Assembly (NCBI GenBank): GCA_035481015.1
Contig: DATIHE010000026.1
Location: 1 to 30,176 of the forward strand
DNA: 30,176 nucleotides
Direction of reading: 5' to 3'
From: Candidatus Nanoarchaeia archaeon
GTDB lineage: Bacteria > Patescibacteriota > Saccharimonadia > UBA4664 > DATIHE01
The position numbers and the translations under genes are program-made. This document shows, piece by piece, positions 1 through 8,987 of the stretch (positions within the stretch are counted from its first letter, which is position 1; each line of letters opens with the position of its first letter). The notes under the pieces were generated by a model. It saw only the letters and a list, made by a program, of their open reading frames with translations. It was not told the DNA's origin and did no database searches.

Positions 1-294
1 GGCGTCTTGCGAGGCCTGATTTTGACCCAGGTTGGTCAAGATAACGATCTTGGTATTGGCTAGCCCTATGCCGTCATCACCGCGCAGTTGTTTCAGAACA
101 TCGATGCCTGTGACCTCTGGCATCATGATATCCAACAGAATTAAATCGTAATCGCCGCCCTTGGCTTTTTGCAGGCCTTCTTTGCCGTTTACAGCAAAAT
201 CAACTTTGTAGCCATGGCCAACTAACAGCTTGGCGTACATTTCGGCTATAAACTTATCATCCTCGATTATGAGTATTTTCTTTGATCCAGCCAT
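1..294 (-). CDS. Response regulator receiver-domain protein (3' end runs off the window; absent from ORF track)
   Basis: Manual translation from ATG at 294: MAGSKKILIIEDDKFIAEMYAKLL...YDLILLDIMMPEVTGIDVLKQL...KIVILTNLGQ. Has the acidic EDD pocket, phospho-acceptor Asp in LLDIMMP and the conserved Thr. Confidence 0.92.
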   Translation of the reverse strand, partial: MAGSKKILIIEDDKFIAEMYAKLLVGHGYKVDFAVNGKEGLQKAKGGDYDLILLDIMMPEVTGIDVLKQLRGDDGIGLANTKIVILTNLGQNQASQDA

Positions 295-1801
295 GGGCTC
301 CCTTCAGAACTGCATTAGTTTCATTATCATCTTTACTTATCTTGGAAGCAATTTCTTTGTGCAGTGGCAGGCTAAAACCAAAGGTGGCTCCTCTACCCTT
401 ATCGGACTGGACCCAAATGTAGCCGTGGTGGGCTTCAACGATCGATTTGCTGATGTATAAGCCTAAACCCGTGCCACGGCCGCCTCGCATACCTTCGGCG
501 CGGTAGAACTTGGTAAATAGTTTGTCCTGAGCGGCCTTGGGGATGCCCTCACCATCATCGCTGACGCTTACGTGCAGTTCTTTTAAGCCAGCATCAACAA
601 ACAGGCCAATCTGGCCGCCTTCACTGGTGTGCTTGAAGGCATTGTCCATTAAGTTATTAATAACTTCGGTTATAGCCAGGTGGTCCATAGCCACGATGGC
701 TTTTTTCTTGGCTAGTTTCAGCGTTAGTAGTCTGTTCTGCTCTTTGGCTCGGGATTCAAGGTCTGGCAAGATGTCAGACATAAATTGGCTGAACTCAACA
801 GGCTCGAAGGCGTAGTTCAGTTCGTCATGTTCAATGCGGGCGACGTTTAGCAAGTTGTTCACCAGCCCAGATAACTGGTTGGCGCTTAGTATGCTACGTC
901 GCAGATAGCTGCGCTCAGTGGTGCTCATTTTCTTGCTAACCTCTAGTTGCATTAAATCCATGTAGCCCTTGATGGTAGCTAGCGGCGTGCGTAACTCGTG
1001 GGCGGCCAAAGCCACAAAGTCGACCTTCATGCGCTCGAGTTCGTGGCTAGAAGTCACATCGCGCATGGTAACTAAGGTTTTCATGCCGTTGGGATCGTCG
1101 CCAATGCGGACGGCGTGGATGTCAAAGTACAGCAAACCGTCGTCGTGCTCAAGGTCGAGACCGATGCCATGCCATTCGCGGCTGCTACCACCCTGACGGC
1201 TAGGTGATTTCAACCAGTCGTGTACCTGGTAGCCGTGCTCAAGTTTGAGGACATCATCAAAAGGCTTACCGGCGACGTCAGCTAGGCTGTGCCCGGTCAA
1301 ACTCATAGCAGCTTTGTTAAACAGCAAGATGTCATTATTGTTGTCCAGCGCGAAGACGCCATCACTCATTGAGTCGAGCACGACGCGCATTTTGTTACGT
1401 TCGGCGGCAACAATCTTATTTTCGCTGTCTAACTGGCCCAAAACTTGCTGCAGAGTTTCGGTAATATCGTTCAAGGTCTTACCCATTTCACTAAATTCGG
1501 TGTGGTCATCGGGTTTAAGACGATAGGCAAAGTTACCAAGTGCAACCTGGTGCAGCGCGGCTTCCAGGGCGCGAATAGGTTTAGCCAAAAGGTTGGCAAA
1601 AATGACACTTAGCACCAGGGCCGGTAAAAGGCCATATAGTGCCGCAGGAATAAGAAAAGCGCCGATGGCAACAAGTTCGCCACCAGGCGTCTGGCCGCGC
1701 GTCATCAAGTACCAGGCAAGGCTGACGGTTAGTGCCGGCACTAGCGAAACGACGAAGAATAAGTACAGTGCCCGCCGCTGAAAATGATTATGTAAGCTCA
1801 C
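257..1801 (-). CDS. Membrane sensor histidine kinase (2 TM, HAMP, PAS, HisKA, HATPase_c; WalK/PhoR-like)
   Basis: H-box AAHELRTPL, N-box NNLMDNAFKH, G1 DDGEGI, F-box LFTKFYR, G2 GTGLGLYI; PAS start VLDSMSDGVFALD. Confidence 0.95.
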   Translation of the reverse strand: MSLHNHFQRRALYLFFVVSLVPALTVSLAWYLMTRGQTPGGELVAIGAFLIPAALYGLLPALVLSVIFANLLAKPIRALEAALHQVALGNFAYRLKPDDHTEFSEMGKTLNDITETLQQVLGQLDSENKIVAAERNKMRVVLDSMSDGVFALDNNNDILLFNKAAMSLTGHSLADVAGKPFDDVLKLEHGYQVHDWLKSPSRQGGSSREWHGIGLDLEHDDGLLYFDIHAVRIGDDPNGMKTLVTMRDVTSSHELERMKVDFVALAAHELRTPLATIKGYMDLMQLEVSKKMSTTERSYLRRSILSANQLSGLVNNLLNVARIEHDELNYAFEPVEFSQFMSDILPDLESRAKEQNRLLTLKLAKKKAIVAMDHLAITEVINNLMDNAFKHTSEGGQIGLFVDAGLKELHVSVSDDGEGIPKAAQDKLFTKFYRAEGMRGGRGTGLGLYISKSIVEAHHGYIWVQSDKGRGATFGFSLPLHKEIASKISKDDNETNAVLKGAHGWIKENTHNRG

Positions 1802-1807
1802 GTTATT

Positions 1808-1813
1808 ATTCTA
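1808..1813 (-). promoter_or_regulatory. -10-like hexamer TAGAAT 6 nt before the kinase GTG (leaderless-type start)
   Basis: Minus strand TAGAAT-AATAAC-GTG; no SD motif. Confidence 0.5.
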
Positions 1814-1852
1814 ATGCTTATGGATTGATGTTGGAAGCAGTACCCGAGAAGA

Positions 1853-2458
1853 CTACTTGGCTTTCTGACGGTTGTCTTCACAGTACTGGGCACTAAACTG
1901 GTCGTGACAAACCTGATAACCAACGATAGTGGCCAAGGTTTGCGATAAACGCAGGTTGATTCCGAGTTGCGGCGGCACGACTTTGATGATCACTGGCACC
2001 GTGCCGGCGCCCAGGTCTTCAATTACACGAAAAGCGCCGCGCGACAGATCTAGCTGTCGGCCAGTCCAAGCCTCGGGCCCATAATCGTTAACCAAGCAGA
2101 TAACTGAGCGGCCATTTCGGCGATTAGTTATCTGTAAGTAAGTGCCGCGCGGAAAGGTTGTCGAGGCACAAGTTAGCGCATCGGGTGCCGGTAAGCCAAA
2201 GGCGTACCAAGATGCCACGCCTACCTGGTCGGCACCGCTGACAGGTGAAATATCAGTAACTTTGGTAGTACTCGAGTTAGGCTGGATCTTTATGTTAACC
2301 GTCGGCTTGGTGGTGGTGATGGCAAAGGCTAACGAACCAGTAGCAACGGCGCCAACCACTATAAACACTCCGCGCAACAAATGCTTAGAATGCCTCTTGT
2401 GCAGAATTTTCTTGCGAGTTAGTAGGTGTTTTATTTTCTTTTTGGTTTTAGTTCGCAT
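1853..2458 (-). CDS. RlpA-like double-psi beta-barrel protein (septal ring lytic transglycosylase family), membrane anchored
   Basis: GVASWY...TCAS..FPRGTYLQITN..NGRSVICLVNDYGP...RQLDLSRGAF; basic N-terminus followed by a TM helix. Confidence 0.85.
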   Translation of the reverse strand: MRTKTKKKIKHLLTRKKILHKRHSKHLLRGVFIVVGAVATGSLAFAITTTKPTVNIKIQPNSSTTKVTDISPVSGADQVGVASWYAFGLPAPDALTCASTTFPRGTYLQITNRRNGRSVICLVNDYGPEAWTGRQLDLSRGAFRVIEDLGAGTVPVIIKVVPPQLGINLRLSQTLATIVGYQVCHDQFSAQYCEDNRQKAK

Positions 2459-2506
2459 AAGGTTAGCGTTGACTGTAGATACTATAACATAAGAAGTTTG
2501 TATTGA

Positions 2507-3712
2507 CTAGTAGCTGGCGGCCCGATCGTCGGGTACGATCGAATACCAGGTGTTGCCGGCATTCAGGGGGATCTCTTTGCCAGCAGCATCAACTAGCTTA
2601 GTACGATCGGTGTTGGACGGCTTGTTCCAGGTGCCTTCAACTGCGCCACCGTCGCGGAAAACGACCGCCCTACCGCTGCCAATCGGCATGCCACTAGCCC
2701 CCATCCGTACGGTTTGCTCGCCAATGCGCGTTAACCCATAAGCCGTTGGCATATACTCAACTACAATGTTTTTAACTTTGATCTGTTGGTTGTTGTTGCG
2801 GTCAATGTGTGGCGCACCGGCCAAAAAACGCAAGTAAGAATTGCTGGCTGCTTCGTAGTGATACTCGACTTGGTAGCCATTGTACGAATAATTGATGCCT
2901 ATGGTTGGGTGGCTTGGCGTGGCTTCGGGGCTATCAGCCTTACGAAGTGATGGCGCAAAAGTGGCAGCTTGATTGTAGCCAAGCAGATTTAGCAAAGAGT
3001 CGAGCTTGGCAGCGTCGGTGTACAAATTATGCGGTGCGTAGCGGTCGTTAGCTCGGTAAAAATAGTTGCCGTAGGAAAACTGATTCAAATCTTTTAGGTG
3101 TAGCGGGTTAATTAAATCAAGCGCATCAGCGTTACCGCCGGCGTGAGCGACCGGCGCATTGTACTCCAGTCCCCAGCTGACAAAGTAGGTACGAATACTT
3201 CGCACCGGGCCGTACTGAGGCGGCTTAGTCTCTAAAAAGAAAGCCAAAAAGCGGGTAATGCCGCCTTCGGCTAGGGCTTCATAAACTACGCCGGCGCTAG
3301 ACAAGCCTGATTGCGGCCTGGCATCGATCTGGTTTTCGATTACCACGGCGACGACCGGTTTGGCGGCATCGGCGGCCGAAACCTCCAAACCAGTCAACGG
3401 CGACAAGATTGGCGCCGGTTTAGCCGGTTCTGGGGCAGGAGTGGTTGGCTTGGCCGCGACGGGGGCAGGCTTCGCTTTGTGAGTTAATTTGTAACCGATG
3501 GCGCCCCCGGTTGCTAGCACTAGGATAGTTATTCCAGCGACAATCATCCAATGCTGCTTAAACCAGGCCTGCCAGTCTTGGCTCAGCTTGGGGCTAGATT
3601 GTGCGATGGGTGCCGGCGCAGGTGGTGGAGCAATCGTTGGCGTGGGAGCTACTGCCGCATCATCTGGCTTTACAATCTCACCAGGTTTTGGACTTGGAAT
3701 TATATCGGGCAT
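2507..3712 (-). CDS. DUF3048 (YerB-like) membrane-anchored protein
   Basis: VVIENQIDARPQSGLSSAGVVYEALAEGGITRFLA, GPVRSIR, RYAPHNLY motifs. Start moved to ATG 3712 because TGTTATAAT lies 6 nt upstream. Confidence 0.88.
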   Translation of the reverse strand: MPDIIPSPKPGEIVKPDDAAVAPTPTIAPPPAPAPIAQSSPKLSQDWQAWFKQHWMIVAGITILVLATGGAIGYKLTHKAKPAPVAAKPTTPAPEPAKPAPILSPLTGLEVSAADAAKPVVAVVIENQIDARPQSGLSSAGVVYEALAEGGITRFLAFFLETKPPQYGPVRSIRTYFVSWGLEYNAPVAHAGGNADALDLINPLHLKDLNQFSYGNYFYRANDRYAPHNLYTDAAKLDSLLNLLGYNQAATFAPSLRKADSPEATPSHPTIGINYSYNGYQVEYHYEAASNSYLRFLAGAPHIDRNNNQQIKVKNIVVEYMPTAYGLTRIGEQTVRMGASGMPIGSGRAVVFRDGGAVEGTWNKPSNTDRTKLVDAAGKEIPLNAGNTWYSIVPDDRAASY

Positions 3713-3718
3713 AAGACG

Positions 3719-3727
3719 ATTATAACA
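3719..3727 (-). promoter_or_regulatory. Extended -10 promoter TGTTATAAT
   Basis: TGTTATAAT-CGTCTT-ATG on minus strand. Confidence 0.7.
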
Positions 3728-3756
3728 AATCAAGCTTATGCTTAACTTAAAGGCAC

Positions 3757-3783
3757 AAAAAAAGAGCCCGGAGGCTCTTTTTT
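3757..3783. terminator. Bidirectional intrinsic terminator
   Basis: A7-GAGCC-CGGA-GGCTC-T6, just downstream of the small minus-strand gene at 3800-3958. Confidence 0.8.
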
Positions 3784-3799
3784 AGAGTCAAAAATTAGA

Positions 3800-3958
3800 C
3801 TAAGCGGCGTTCTTGCCTAAGATGCGGTACATCTTGGTGCCACAAACTGGGCAGGTGCCTTGGGCGGCCTTGCGGTCGGTCTTACCCATGTCAACAACTT
3901 GACCTTCGAAGTCGCGCTTGTCGCGGCACTTGACGCAGTAACCATTGTAAGTTGCCAT
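3800..3958 (-). CDS. Small zinc-ribbon protein, DUF5679-like (52 aa; absent from ORF track)
   Basis: MATYNGYCVKCRDKRDFEGQVVDMGKTDRKAAQGTCPVCGTKMYRILGKNAA*. Two CxxC motifs, SD AAGGAG/GGAG upstream, TATAGT -10 further up, terminator downstream. Confidence 0.85.
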   Translation of the reverse strand: MATYNGYCVKCRDKRDFEGQVVDMGKTDRKAAQGTCPVCGTKMYRILGKNAA

Positions 3959-4010
3959 TAACTCCACTCCTTATTTGATGTTTGCACTATAGAGGCTCGG
4001 GGCTAGAGTG

Positions 4011-5435
4011 TCAACTTGCAACCGACTTTAAGGCATTTTTTAGTCGCTCGGCAACGCGGGTTTTACCCAGTACAGCCATGGTTTCAAACAGTGGCGGCGT
4101 AGCAACAGAACCGGTGATCGAAACGCGGACCAGGCTAAACAAATCGCCAGTTTTAATCTGTAGGGCTTCAGCTAAATCGCGATAGGCCTGTTCTAGTTTT
4201 TCGGCCATAAAGTCGGTTTTTTCGGCAATTTCCAGAGATTTTTTTAACCATTCTTTAGTCTCTTTGGCTGCGGGGGCTTTCTTGAGAATAGTGAGGTCGA
4301 ACCGTGGTTCGTTGAAAAAGAACGAACTCAGTTCTGGCAGTTCGGAAAGGATTTTGAGGCGCTCTTGGAGCAAGCCCAGAACGGCCTTTTTGTAGTCATC
4401 TGGGCTGGAAGCCGCTTCTTTCGGCCAAAATGGCTTACAGACAGCTAGGAGCGCGTCTAAGGACAACGAGCGAAGGTATAAGCCGTTCATCCAGATCAGG
4501 CGTTCAGAATCAAACACGGCCGGACTTTTTTGTATACGCTCTAATGAAAAAGCTTTGATTAACTCATCCCTGGTGTAGATTTCCTTAGTGCTGCCGTCGC
4601 CCTCGTTCCAGCCTAGGGCTACCACAAAATTAATAATGGCGTCGGGCAGGTAGCCTTCATCGCGATAGTCAAGTACAGGTTTGGCGCCGTGGCGCTTGCT
4701 AAGTTTGGCCTTGTCTGGGCCTAATACCTGCGGCAAATGCGCAAAGACTGGCGGCTGCCAGCCAAAGGCTTCATAAACCAGTAGAAACTTTGGAGTGGTA
4801 GAGATAAACTCGTCGCCGCGCAGAACGTGCGAAATCTCCATTAAATGATCGTCAACAATGTTGGCAAAGTTGTAGGTCGGGAAGCCATCGGATTTCATAG
4901 CCACAAAGTCGTCCTGGTCATCGCTGCTAAACTCCAGCGGACCACGAACAGCGTCATTCCAGCTAATGGCTCGACCTTCTGGCACCTTGAAACGTAGCAC
5001 GTGGGGCTCGTCGGGATCGCCTAGGTTAGTTAGGCAGTGGCGATCGTATTTAAACGCTTTATGCTCGGCTTGCGCCTGCTTGCGCAGGTTATCCAGTCTC
5101 TCAGTGCTGCACCAACAAGGGTACAAACTTCCCTGCTCGACTAGTTGGTCGGCATATTTCTTATAAATGTCGAGTCGTTCGGATTGCACGTAAGGACCGT
5201 GTTTGCCACCAACGACAATCCCTTCATCCCAATCCAGCCCCAGCCACTTAAGGCTGTCCTGTATCTGGTTAACAGATTCGGGTACCAACCGCTCGCGGTC
5301 GGTGTCTTCGAGGCGCAGTATAAAACTGCCCTGCTCTTTTTGGGCATAAAGCCAGTCGAACAGTGCCGAGCGCACACTGCCAAGATGCAGCATGCCGGTG
5401 GGACTGGGAGCGAATCTAACGCGCACTTTACTCAT
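4011..5435 (-). CDS. gltX: Glutamate--tRNA ligase
   Basis: RVRFAPSPTGMLHLG (HIGH motif), LRLEDTD, SHVLRGDE, KLSKRHG (KMSKS motif). Confidence 0.98.
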   Translation of the reverse strand: MSKVRVRFAPSPTGMLHLGSVRSALFDWLYAQKEQGSFILRLEDTDRERLVPESVNQIQDSLKWLGLDWDEGIVVGGKHGPYVQSERLDIYKKYADQLVEQGSLYPCWCSTERLDNLRKQAQAEHKAFKYDRHCLTNLGDPDEPHVLRFKVPEGRAISWNDAVRGPLEFSSDDQDDFVAMKSDGFPTYNFANIVDDHLMEISHVLRGDEFISTTPKFLLVYEAFGWQPPVFAHLPQVLGPDKAKLSKRHGAKPVLDYRDEGYLPDAIINFVVALGWNEGDGSTKEIYTRDELIKAFSLERIQKSPAVFDSERLIWMNGLYLRSLSLDALLAVCKPFWPKEAASSPDDYKKAVLGLLQERLKILSELPELSSFFFNEPRFDLTILKKAPAAKETKEWLKKSLEIAEKTDFMAEKLEQAYRDLAEALQIKTGDLFSLVRVSITGSVATPPLFETMAVLGKTRVAERLKNALKSVAS

Positions 5436-5465
5436 AGTAGTAGCTTATCTAAATTAGCGGCCGAG

Positions 5466-5813
5466 CTAAAGAGCTAATTGGTCGGGCGAAATTTCTTCCC
5501 ACTCGTCACCGTCGCGTTTTAACAATCTGGTCTTAAAGCTGACTGCCTCTGGGTCGTAAACATTTTCGTAGCGGACGCCCGACCCAGCCGCTTTGTGATA
5601 GTGAGTTTTGCGGTCTAAAATGGCTGGACTGGCGATGCGCTCCATCATAAACTCCTCGCCATCTTTCTCGAACTGAATAAACGAGACTTGTTGTTCAAGC
5701 TCAGTATTGTCTTCGAGGGGTTCGGTGCGTTTGCCATGCTTAGTGATACCAAATTTAGCATCGATGGCATCGGCAATTCTATCCCAGCCGGGATCGTCTT
5801 GGTAGTTAGGCAT
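5466..5813 (-). CDS. Hypothetical acidic protein
   Basis: 115-aa ORF filling the gap between flanking minus-strand genes; no recognised motif. Confidence 0.75.
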   Translation of the reverse strand: MPNYQDDPGWDRIADAIDAKFGITKHGKRTEPLEDNTELEQQVSFIQFEKDGEEFMMERIASPAILDRKTHYHKAAGSGVRYENVYDPEAVSFKTRLLKRDGDEWEEISPDQLAL

Positions 5814-5827
5814 TAATTTATGAGCAG

Positions 5828-6994
5828 CTAAAGACTGTTAACGATCTTTAAGATCTGCTCCCTGTTAAGTTGGTTATTGCCTTCAATAGTGTACCAGATG
5901 CCCTTATTGATCCAGCTGGCTTGGTTACCGTTGTAAAGGTAAACAGTTAGTCCCTGGTCTTGAACAGCTAGGTATTTATCGGTTTTTTGATTCACAAAGT
6001 TTTCGAGTAACGAACGGGGGTCCCAGTTGGTTTTGGCCTGCGATAAGGTCAGGGCGTCTCCATTGGCGGAGTTGAAGTGGATGGTGACTTGACCCGGGCT
6101 ATATGAAACTGGACCGGCTAGAGCAAAGCTGGGCGGCACATAGCTAGGCAAGCTGGCTTCGATACCAGCCTTAGCGCTGGCTAGTTTTAGAGTCATTGCC
6201 GGATAATTAGCAGCCCAAATCCAGCCCGCCATGACTGCCAAGGCAACTGCAGTAATAGCCACACTGGAGGGCTTTAAAGTGGCTGCTAAGTTGGCTGGGG
6301 CCTCTGCTGGCGGCACTAGTTTTTGCAGGTTATCAACTTGGGTCGCGGCAGCGTTTGGAAGCGCAACGGTTGGGGTTGGAGTCGGAGTGGACGCTACTGG
6401 GGGTATCGGAGTTGCTAACACGGGCTCGGCCGCTGGAGCTGGCTGAGACTTGGGCTCCTCTGGCGGCGCCGCGACTGCAGGCGTGACAAATTTATTAATG
6501 GCGCTGCTCTTTGGCATATCACTTGCCTTTGCTAGGCGGGCAGACTGTCGGCTGGCGTCTATAGCCGCTGCCGGAGCCGACGTCGTTGGTGCTGGCTGGG
6601 GTGTAATTGCGACAGAAGGCTTAATAACGGCGTCGATCACGGTTACAGCTTTTTGTGTAGGTTCAACTGACCTATCCGAGCCGGTTGGCGGCTTGTGGAA
6701 TTGATTCGAAGGATTGATAGTAACTGGCGCTACCGTAGCCGGTATCTGGGCTGGTTCTGGTTCGACCGACTCACTAGTTTCAGGAACAACTGGTTCAGGA
6801 GTTGGTGGTAGTGGTTCTGTAGCAGCGACCGAAGCGCTGGGTGGCCGGATATCCATCATAGCGACGGGCCGCGCACCCGAGGTAGCTACCTGACCACCAC
6901 CGGCGTCATCACTAACAACTGCGCCACAACTGGCACAGTATTGGCGGTTCCCGATGGTTACTCGGTCGGTTTTGCCGCAGCTAGGACACTGCAC
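5828..6994 (-). CDS. Bitopic protein: N-terminal zinc ribbon, long Pro/Ala/Thr linker, TM helix, C-terminal DUF4367-like domain
   Basis: CPSC..CASC at N-terminus; TM VAITAVALAVMAGWIWAA; C-terminus PSYVPPSF...WINKGIWYTIEGNNQLNREQILKIVNSL is typical of DUF4367. Confidence 0.8.
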   Translation of the reverse strand: MQCPSCGKTDRVTIGNRQYCASCGAVVSDDAGGGQVATSGARPVAMMDIRPPSASVAATEPLPPTPEPVVPETSESVEPEPAQIPATVAPVTINPSNQFHKPPTGSDRSVEPTQKAVTVIDAVIKPSVAITPQPAPTTSAPAAAIDASRQSARLAKASDMPKSSAINKFVTPAVAAPPEEPKSQPAPAAEPVLATPIPPVASTPTPTPTVALPNAAATQVDNLQKLVPPAEAPANLAATLKPSSVAITAVALAVMAGWIWAANYPAMTLKLASAKAGIEASLPSYVPPSFALAGPVSYSPGQVTIHFNSANGDALTLSQAKTNWDPRSLLENFVNQKTDKYLAVQDQGLTVYLYNGNQASWINKGIWYTIEGNNQLNREQILKIVNSL

Positions 6995-7049
6995 TTATAA
7001 TCTCACTTAACTTAAGCCTACGATACAAGAAGCGTAAGCGTTTTGCAAG

Positions 7050-7886
7050 TCAGTCTAAACGCTTCCCCTCCTGATATACGCGCCACATAAATCGGGGGAT
7101 GGCTAGTTGTCGCTTGAGGCGCCAGGGCTGCCTAATAAGTCGCCACAGCCATTCCAGGTTAATTTTCTGCACCCAACCAGGCGCTTTGGGCAGTTTGCCA
7201 CCAAATTGTTGGTAATCGAACGTGCCACCCTCGCCTATCATCACACCGTGAGTTAACTTTTCTTGCAGCCGGGCCATTAGCTGCTCTTGTCTCGGGAAAC
7301 CCATGCCAACCAAAATAATATCCGGGCGGGTTTGATTTAGGATGAGTTCCAGGTCAGTTTCCACACCTGGCGGGAAGCTGCCAGTGTAATAGCCAGCAAC
7401 ACGTAGGCCGGGTATTTTTGAACCCAACTGCTCGGCAGTTTGCTTGATAGTCTGACTGGCCGGCGTGCCAATTAAGAAAAGCTTCAATCCTTCAGCTGTG
7501 GTTCGTTGCAGTAGCGGCCAGGTAAGGTTAGTGCCCAGGATTCGATCCGGTAGTTGATGCTTCATATTGTCGGGTCGAAGAACAATTTCGGTGATTGATT
7601 TTAGCCAACGACCAAAACTGCGCTCTCCGCCATACAGGTAGTAAGCTGCCCAGTTAAGTGCGATGCCGTCGGCTAAACAAAGGCTAGATCCGTTTAGTAA
7701 GTCTCGCGTCTTACTGTCAGTCGCGGCCCGTTCGATGAATTCAACATAAGGCTTAACTACATAAGTAGCCGGACTATTTGGGTCCTTAGCTCGCTCGATA
7801 ATTTCATCAATCGCCTGCTCGATCGTCAGGGCGTCAACTTTGACGCCAAACAAACTGTATTTAGCGTCCCTAATGTCTACTGGCAC
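7050..7886 (-). CDS. WecB/TagA/CpsF family glycosyltransferase
   Basis: LCLADGIALNWA, RILGTNL, PDIILVGMGFPRQE, IGEGGTFD, KAPGWVQKINLEWLWRL..QPWR. Confidence 0.92.
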   Translation of the reverse strand: MPVDIRDAKYSLFGVKVDALTIEQAIDEIIERAKDPNSPATYVVKPYVEFIERAATDSKTRDLLNGSSLCLADGIALNWAAYYLYGGERSFGRWLKSITEIVLRPDNMKHQLPDRILGTNLTWPLLQRTTAEGLKLFLIGTPASQTIKQTAEQLGSKIPGLRVAGYYTGSFPPGVETDLELILNQTRPDIILVGMGFPRQEQLMARLQEKLTHGVMIGEGGTFDYQQFGGKLPKAPGWVQKINLEWLWRLIRQPWRLKRQLAIPRFMWRVYQEGKRLD

Positions 7887-7887
7887 G

Positions 7888-8895
7888 CTAGCGAACTCCA
7901 GCCAGACTGCGTTTGTACTCGTCTAGGTTGTCGAGGGCAATGCCGGTGCCCCGGGCAACACATAGCTCGGCATCGGCGGCAACTACGCAGGGTACGCCGG
8001 TAACGTTGGTTAACAGTTTATCCAAATTCTTAAGTAACGCGCCGCCGCCGGTCATTATCATGCCGCGGTCGATAATGTCACTAGATAGCTCGGGCGGTGT
8101 TTGCTCTAGAACGGCCCGGATAGCCAGAATTATTTTTTCGAGTTCATCGGCCATGGCTTCGGTGGTTTCGTTAGAGCCAACCTGGATGGTTTTAGGCAGT
8201 CCGGCTACGATGTCACGACCCCTGATCTCCATGTTGCGGTCTTTAGTTAGCTTTAAGGCGCTACCAAGCTCTTTTTTAACCTGTTCGGCCGTCCGATCGC
8301 CAATCGCCAAGCCATATTTGCGTCTGATGTAATCAGCGATGGCTAGATCAATTTTATTACCGCCAACCCGTACGCTGTTTTGGGCGACAATGCCACCTAG
8401 TGACAAGATGGCGATTTCGGTGGTGCCGCCGCCAATATCGACCACCATATTGCCAGCGGCGGAGGCTATCGGGATACCGGCACCGATGGCGGCGGCAACT
8501 GGCTCTTTGATGATATAAGCGGCCTTGGCGCCAGCCGCTAGCGTAGCGTCGATGACGGCACGGCGTTCGGTCGAAGTTGCGCCGACCGGTACACACACCA
8601 TCACATCTGGTCTGGCCAAACGAAAACCACCTGACACCTTGGATATATAGTGGCGGATCATAGCCTGGGTGACTCGATAGTCAGCGATGACGCCGTCCTT
8701 TAGCGGTCGGCTGGCCACAATGTTGTCTGGCGTGCGGCCGAGCATCTCTTTGGCCTCGGCACCGATAGCCATAATTCGGTTATCGTCAGTGTTTAGGGCC
8801 ACCACACTTGGTTCGTTAATGACAATGCCGCGTTTTGGCAAATAAACCAGCACGTTAGCAGTGCCTAAATCGATCGCAATTCTTTTAGAAAACAT
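7888..8895 (-). CDS. mreB: Rod shape-determining protein MreB
   Basis: IAIDLGTANVL, NEPSVVA, RPLKDGVIADY, IKEPVAAAIG, VVDIGGGTTE, MTGGGALL; start ATG 8895 or 8898. Confidence 0.97.
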   Translation of the reverse strand: MFSKRIAIDLGTANVLVYLPKRGIVINEPSVVALNTDDNRIMAIGAEAKEMLGRTPDNIVASRPLKDGVIADYRVTQAMIRHYISKVSGGFRLARPDVMVCVPVGATSTERRAVIDATLAAGAKAAYIIKEPVAAAIGAGIPIASAAGNMVVDIGGGTTEIAILSLGGIVAQNSVRVGGNKIDLAIADYIRRKYGLAIGDRTAEQVKKELGSALKLTKDRNMEIRGRDIVAGLPKTIQVGSNETTEAMADELEKIILAIRAVLEQTPPELSSDIIDRGMIMTGGGALLKNLDKLLTNVTGVPCVVAADAELCVARGTGIALDNLDEYKRSLAGVR

Positions 8896-8987
8896 CATTA
8901 GTAGTATAACGGGGTAGGCCAAGGCGTGCTAGCTGCCCTACCTGCGGCTGGTAATTTAGCTCGTGGTAGTCTATATTGCACGCTAGA

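Noticed and set aside
4011-5435. Whether GluRS is non-discriminating (tRNA-Gln is present in the window)
   Set aside because: The anticodon-binding Arg position (QERLK) is not diagnostic alone; it needs glnS/gatCAB content from outside the window
5828-6994. Pro/Ala/Thr-rich stretch as a possible tandem repeat or array
   Set aside because: Low-complexity protein linker with no discrete nucleotide repeat unit
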